This document shows, piece after piece, positions 28,938 to 32,000 of a stretch of DNA of 32,000 bases. This DNA is from Candidatus Thorarchaeota archaeon (GTDB lineage Archaea > Asgardarchaeota > Thorarchaeia > Thorarchaeales > Thorarchaeaceae). The translations under genes were made by a program, and so were the position numbers. The notes below the pieces were generated by a model, which did no database searches, was not told the DNA's origin, and worked only from the letters and a program-made list of their open reading frames with translations. Location of the stretch: contig SHMX01000001.1 of NCBI GenBank assembly GCA_008080745.1, positions 630,001 to 662,000 on the forward strand, read 5' to 3'. The number at the start of each line of letters is the position of its first letter. Within the stretch, counting starts at the first letter, position 1.

Positions 28938-29705
28938 TCAAACGATATCAATGAGAGGATGCCACCGGGCAGGTAGTCCAAGATACATTCGAATATTGTA
29001 GATATGCTCACGTTCATGTTCCAAAAATCTACGAAGAACTTTTCGAGCAGTCCATCTCTCTTGAGGAAACTGTGTATATTCCGTTCGTGTGAAAATTGTA
29101 TTTCCACAAGCGGGTACAATTTCTCTCAAAGTTAGAATACTGGCGGTTCTCACTTCATCAAGCCTTTCAATTATTGGGAGTTTGTCTACATCTGAATGAG
29201 GGATACTGAGGTGTTTCTCATATAGCCAATCCGTCTTGGGACCAAATCGAGAGAGGTAAAATTCTTCTGCGTTACAGATGTGATGTAGGATATCGAGGAT
29301 ATTGCGTTTTTTTCCCTCAGGAATATCAAGAAGAGTTGATTCGGGAACGGTTCTGATCAAATCTAATAAATCTTGGCGATTATATCCCATATTGCGGATG
29401 ATTATATCTAATTCTGAATTGGAAACGGATTCCAAATCGAAAATAAAAAGTGCAACTTCTCCTCCCGAATCGCCCAGTTCTGATACTCCTTCAATAATTT
29501 CTGCTGGTTGTAATGCTCCATCATTCTGAGATTGTGTCAGAGAGGTATGAGATTCTAACCACCAGATCTGGAAGTCCAGCTCTTGTTGAAGACGTGCCAT
29601 CAGCTCATGAAAGCTATTCCCTCTTGCATGAGTTCCAATCAATTCGATTATTCTTCCATACCACAAACCAGTCATACCAGTTTCTATTGCAGCAGAATAA
29701 TTCAT
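28938..29705 (-). CDS. DinB-family protein with N-terminal HicB-like domain
   Basis: Residues 1-53 follow the HicB pattern (YSAAIE...WYGRIIELIGTHARGNSFHELMARL); C-terminal four-helix pattern with HHICNAE and RFLEHEREH metal ligands. Own BRE/TATA (AAAACC-TTATAT) about 33 nt upstream. Confidence 0.8.
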   Translation of the reverse strand: MNYSAAIETGMTGLWYGRIIELIGTHARGNSFHELMARLQQELDFQIWWLESHTSLTQSQNDGALQPAEIIEGVSELGDSGGEVALFIFDLESVSNSELDIIIRNMGYNRQDLLDLIRTVPESTLLDIPEGKKRNILDILHHICNAEEFYLSRFGPKTDWLYEKHLSIPHSDVDKLPIIERLDEVRTASILTLREIVPACGNTIFTRTEYTQFPQERWTARKVLRRFLEHEREHIYNIRMYLGLPARWHPLIDIV

Positions 29706-29801
29706 GTTTCTCAGAGAATCGGGTGCATGATTGTCAAGATATAAGGTTTTACAGAGTAAGGAAGGAGAAGAATGAAGTTCACAAGTAGTTAGAATTCAGA
29801 T

Positions 29802-29844
29802 AAAAAGAGAAACGAGTGCTCAGGTTGCTTCCAACGCGAGCACT
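29802..29844 (-). terminator. Hairpin plus U-tract ending the micro-peptide transcript
   Basis: Minus strand AGTGCTC-GC-GTTG-GAAG-CAAC-CT-GAGCACT followed by CGTTTCTCTTTTT. Confidence 0.6.
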
Positions 29845-29924
29845 TCACTGAGAGTGAGTTCACCGCTCTTGCTAGAGTCTTGGTGTTTTGGAGTCGATTG
29901 CTTATCTTGAACGCTTGAGTTCAT
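29820..29924 (-). CDS. Micro-peptide P3 (34 aa), weaker third ORF of the array
   Basis: MNSSVQDKQSTPKHQDSSKSGELTLSEVLALEAT; AGGAGA site 8 nt upstream; 3' end lies inside the terminator hairpin; the repeated motif falls in another frame. Confidence 0.35.
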   Translation of the reverse strand: MNSSVQDKQSTPKHQDSSKSGELTLSEVLALEAT

Positions 29925-29929
29925 TGAGA

Positions 29930-30013
29930 TTATCTCCTGAAGTAAGCGTGGGTGATAGCCTTGGTTGAGGGGGACTTGGTGTCCTTGATGATCTTGGTTT
30001 TAGAAACTGCCAT
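29930..30013 (-). CDS. Basic micro-peptide P2 (27 aa)
   Basis: MAVSKTKIIKDTKSPSTKAITHAYFRR; GGAGGT site 8 nt upstream; 18 of 26 non-start sense codons end in G/C; shares STKA-[LI]-[ST]-x-AY...RR with P1. Confidence 0.65.
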   Translation of the reverse strand: MAVSKTKIIKDTKSPSTKAITHAYFRR

Positions 30014-30019
30014 TGAGTT

Positions 30020-30124
30020 CTACCTCCGGTAGGTGTAAGCGTAGGACAGAGCCTTGGTGCTCTGGGTCTTACGGGTGTTGTTCTTTTTCTCGGATTCAGT
30101 TCGGGAGTTCTTTGCAAACGCCAT
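30020..30124 (-). CDS. Basic micro-peptide P1 (34 aa)
   Basis: MAFAKNSRTESEKKNNTRKTQSTKALSYAYTYRR; 24 of 33 non-start sense codons end in G/C; homologous C-terminus to P2. Confidence 0.65.
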   Translation of the reverse strand: MAFAKNSRTESEKKNNTRKTQSTKALSYAYTYRR

Positions 30125-30195
30125 GATTGTTCACAACATATACTCCTCCAAGTTAGTATATAATGGAAAGCCACGATTATAGGACACACAATGTA

Positions 30196-30210
30196 GTCAC
30201 AATTTGTGAC
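30196..30210. promoter_or_regulatory. Perfect inverted repeat in the divergent promoter of the peptide array and the 148-aa gene
   Basis: GTCACAA-T-TTGTGAC. Confidence 0.5.
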
Positions 30211-30279
30211 CATGAAAACCAAGTGCCATAACCTAAGAAGTAATCAATCAAATAATGAAGAGATAAACAGTGAGTTGGA

Positions 30280-30726
30280 TTGAGTCTAGAGAATGAAATT
30301 AAAACCTGGTTCTGGGTGCCCAAATTCTGGGTACCATTGTACTTGTTAGGATTGGTATTAGCTATTCTTTCACCAAGTTTAGTTATGTTGTCATGGGCTA
30401 TTCCCATCATTATAGTTGTAGCAGCTGCCCCAATCATATACAAAAATCTTGTAGGCGGAGGTTGTAGTCTCAGATTTCAAATTTGTGCCTTAGTTAAAGG
30501 AATGGTAGCAGGTATATTGTTTGGAGGTCTATCACTATTAGCCGATATGATACTTCAAAATACTATATCATTGACGACTATGTCAATTGTCCTTGGTTTA
30601 GAAGGGGTATATTTGACTTGGTTTTTTGCAGGAGTAATTGGAGGTATCGGTGCTAGAATCATTGAGGTTCAACAGTACTCAACTGTTGGTACAATTCGTC
30701 CCATCGTAGAAACCAAAGATCACTAG
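30280..30726 (+). CDS. Hypothetical membrane protein (about 4 TM)
   Basis: TTG start; hydrophobic helices; GGGCSLRFQIC with two Cys in a loop. Confidence 0.75.
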   Translation: MSLENEIKTWFWVPKFWVPLYLLGLVLAILSPSLVMLSWAIPIIIVVAAAPIIYKNLVGGGCSLRFQICALVKGMVAGILFGGLSLLADMILQNTISLTTMSIVLGLEGVYLTWFFAGVIGGIGARIIEVQQYSTVGTIRPIVETKDH

Positions 30727-30782
30727 TCTACACAGTATGATTCATTCACAAGTACTATTCTAAAGAAAATGAATTGAAGATT

Positions 30783-32000
30783 ATGAGTGATAATTCAGAG
30801 GTATCAAGTACTGGAGTCAATATTGGAAGAATTGTAGCATTATTTGGCGGTGTGATTCTTATCACTAGCGGTGTAAGATTCACCTATTTTGGATTATTAC
30901 TTGCAACGATTATGCCAGTGACGGGAGTAATACTTGCAATAGTAGGTATGTTATCTGGAGTAGGAGTCCTACTTGGTATTCTTACCTATCCTCGTTGGAA
31001 CGTCACATCTATCGTTTTAATCATAATATCATCGATTTGGGGGATTTTTGTAAGCACAGGAATATTTCTAGGGCCAATATTAGGGGTGGGTGGTGGAATA
31101 ATCTTATTGCTGTCCAAACGAATGTCTATTGGAAAGAGGAAACTTATCACATTGTTCCTAACCATATTGATTCTGATTCTACCGCTTCTAGGAATTATAC
31201 GTTCCCAGTCTGAAGATTTTCAGTATATTATGGTAGGAGACACCAAAAGGCAATACCTGATTCATATCCCTGAGAGCTATAACGGTTCAGATGCAGTACC
31301 ACTATTACTAGCCCTTCATGGTGGCGGTGGAAGTGCAAAAAGTATGCGAAATGCCAATGGTTTTGACGCAGTTGCGGACAAATATAATTTCATTCTTGTA
31401 TATCCTGATGGAACAGGGGACATGTCATATCAGTTTCATACATGGAATTCCGGATATATTGATGCATATGCTTTCAAGAACAACATTGACGATGTATTGT
31501 TCTTATCAACGCTCATTGATGAACTTCTTGACACCTATAACGTAAACAAGTCAAGAGTATACATGACTGGTCACTCTAATGGTGCTATGATGACATATAG
31601 ATTTGGAGCGGAGCATCCAGATTCTTTAGCTGCAATCGCTCCTGTGTCAGGTAGTATAGGAGGTAGGATGTCAGAAGAAAGTAATCTCTATGTCATTCCT
31701 AGCCCTTCAGAACCACTCTCTGTAATCCATATCCATGGAAGATTAGATGAACAGGTCTTATATGAGGGGGGAAAAGGTGAGAAGGGATTCCTAACCGATC
31801 GAGTTGACCTATCAGTAAATGATTCAATACAATTTTGGATTAATCACAACAACTGTTCAAACAGCCCATCACTTGAAAAGAGTGATAATGAACGTATCGA
31901 ACTTGCTCGATTTGGTTCAGGTGAGAAAAATACTGAGGTTGCATTGATTACACTACTCTATGGAAGTCATGCATGGTCGAATATGAGTGCCGAGATTGCG
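30783..32000 (+). CDS. PHB-depolymerase/LpqC-like esterase with N-terminal multi-TM anchor (3' end beyond window)
   Basis: Open from ATG 30783 to the window end (406 codons, no stop): about 5 TM, then RQYLIHIPESY, LLALHGGGGSA, VYPDG, WNSG, DDVLFL, YMTGHSNGAMM (GxSxG), IHGRLD. Not in the ORF track because it has no stop. Confidence 0.88.
   Translation, partial: MSDNSEVSSTGVNIGRIVALFGGVILITSGVRFTYFGLLLATIMPVTGVILAIVGMLSGVGVLLGILTYPRWNVTSIVLIIISSIWGIFVSTGIFLGPILGVGGGIILLLSKRMSIGKRKLITLFLTILILILPLLGIIRSQSEDFQYIMVGDTKRQYLIHIPESYNGSDAVPLLLALHGGGGSAKSMRNANGFDAVADKYNFILVYPDGTGDMSYQFHTWNSGYIDAYAFKNNIDDVLFLSTLIDELLDTYNVNKSRVYMTGHSNGAMMTYRFGAEHPDSLAAIAPVSGSIGGRMSEESNLYVIPSPSEPLSVIHIHGRLDEQVLYEGGKGEKGFLTDRVDLSVNDSIQFWINHNNCSNSPSLEKSDNERIELARFGSGEKNTEVALITLLYGSHAWSNMSAEIA

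Noticed and set aside
29800-30170. Possible RNase P, SRP or tRNA gene in the GC-richer gap
   Set aside because: No GAGGAAAGUCC core, no SRP helix-8 motif and no cloverleaf/TTCGA pattern on either strand.
29902-30222. 106-aa Pro/Arg-rich ORF in the track with apparent PRLxPTLT repeats
   Set aside because: It is an alternative frame of the peptide array, runs through the promoter palindrome and TATA-like region, and lacks the ribosome-binding-site, codon-bias and stop-restart support seen for P1 and P2.
511-31545. Remaining short track ORFs antisense to or nested in the long genes (e.g. 904..1161, 14081..14416, 23032..23337, 27231..27659, 30995..31213, 31318..31545)
   Set aside because: Shadow ORFs that overlap well-supported genes and have no motifs.
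1-32000. CRISPR arrays, IS elements, integrases, rRNA and tRNA genes
   Set aside because: I saw no regularly spaced direct repeats, no transposase or recombinase motifs and no RNA-gene signatures; tRNAscan-SE and Infernal would be needed to exclude divergent RNAs.

Overview
AT-rich, densely coding archaeal window, most consistent with an Asgard archaeon (Thorarchaeia-like). This is inferred from two Rab-like small GTPases, longin-like domains, an archaeal GTPBP1-type GTPase, TATA/BRE-like promoters and GGAGG/GGTGA ribosome-binding sites. About 30 CDSs: Fe-S proteins, two MFS/GPH transporters, four peptidases (DUF5700-like, M1, M20, CPBP), two hydrolases, an aldo-keto reductase, a methyltransferase, a P2A ATPase and a HicB-DinB fusion. 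I saw no rRNA, tRNA, CRISPR array, transposase or integrase. The ORF track missed or split several real features: a partial GNAT gene (left edge), a membrane-anchored esterase (right edge), a 46-aa mini-paralog of the ArsR-like regulator, two genes broken by single-base homopolymer frameshifts (a ~1960-aa surface protein with a cytoplasmic longin-like domain, and a membrane Zn-ribbon protein), and a stand-alone array of tandem basic micro-peptides at 29.8-30.1 kb. The best candidates for undescribed systems are (1) that micro-peptide array and (2) a coupled operon of Zn-ribbon, longin-like protein, ~14-15-TM membrane protein and small GTPase at 19.6-22.2 kb. All family assignments come from motifs read by eye; no database search was run.
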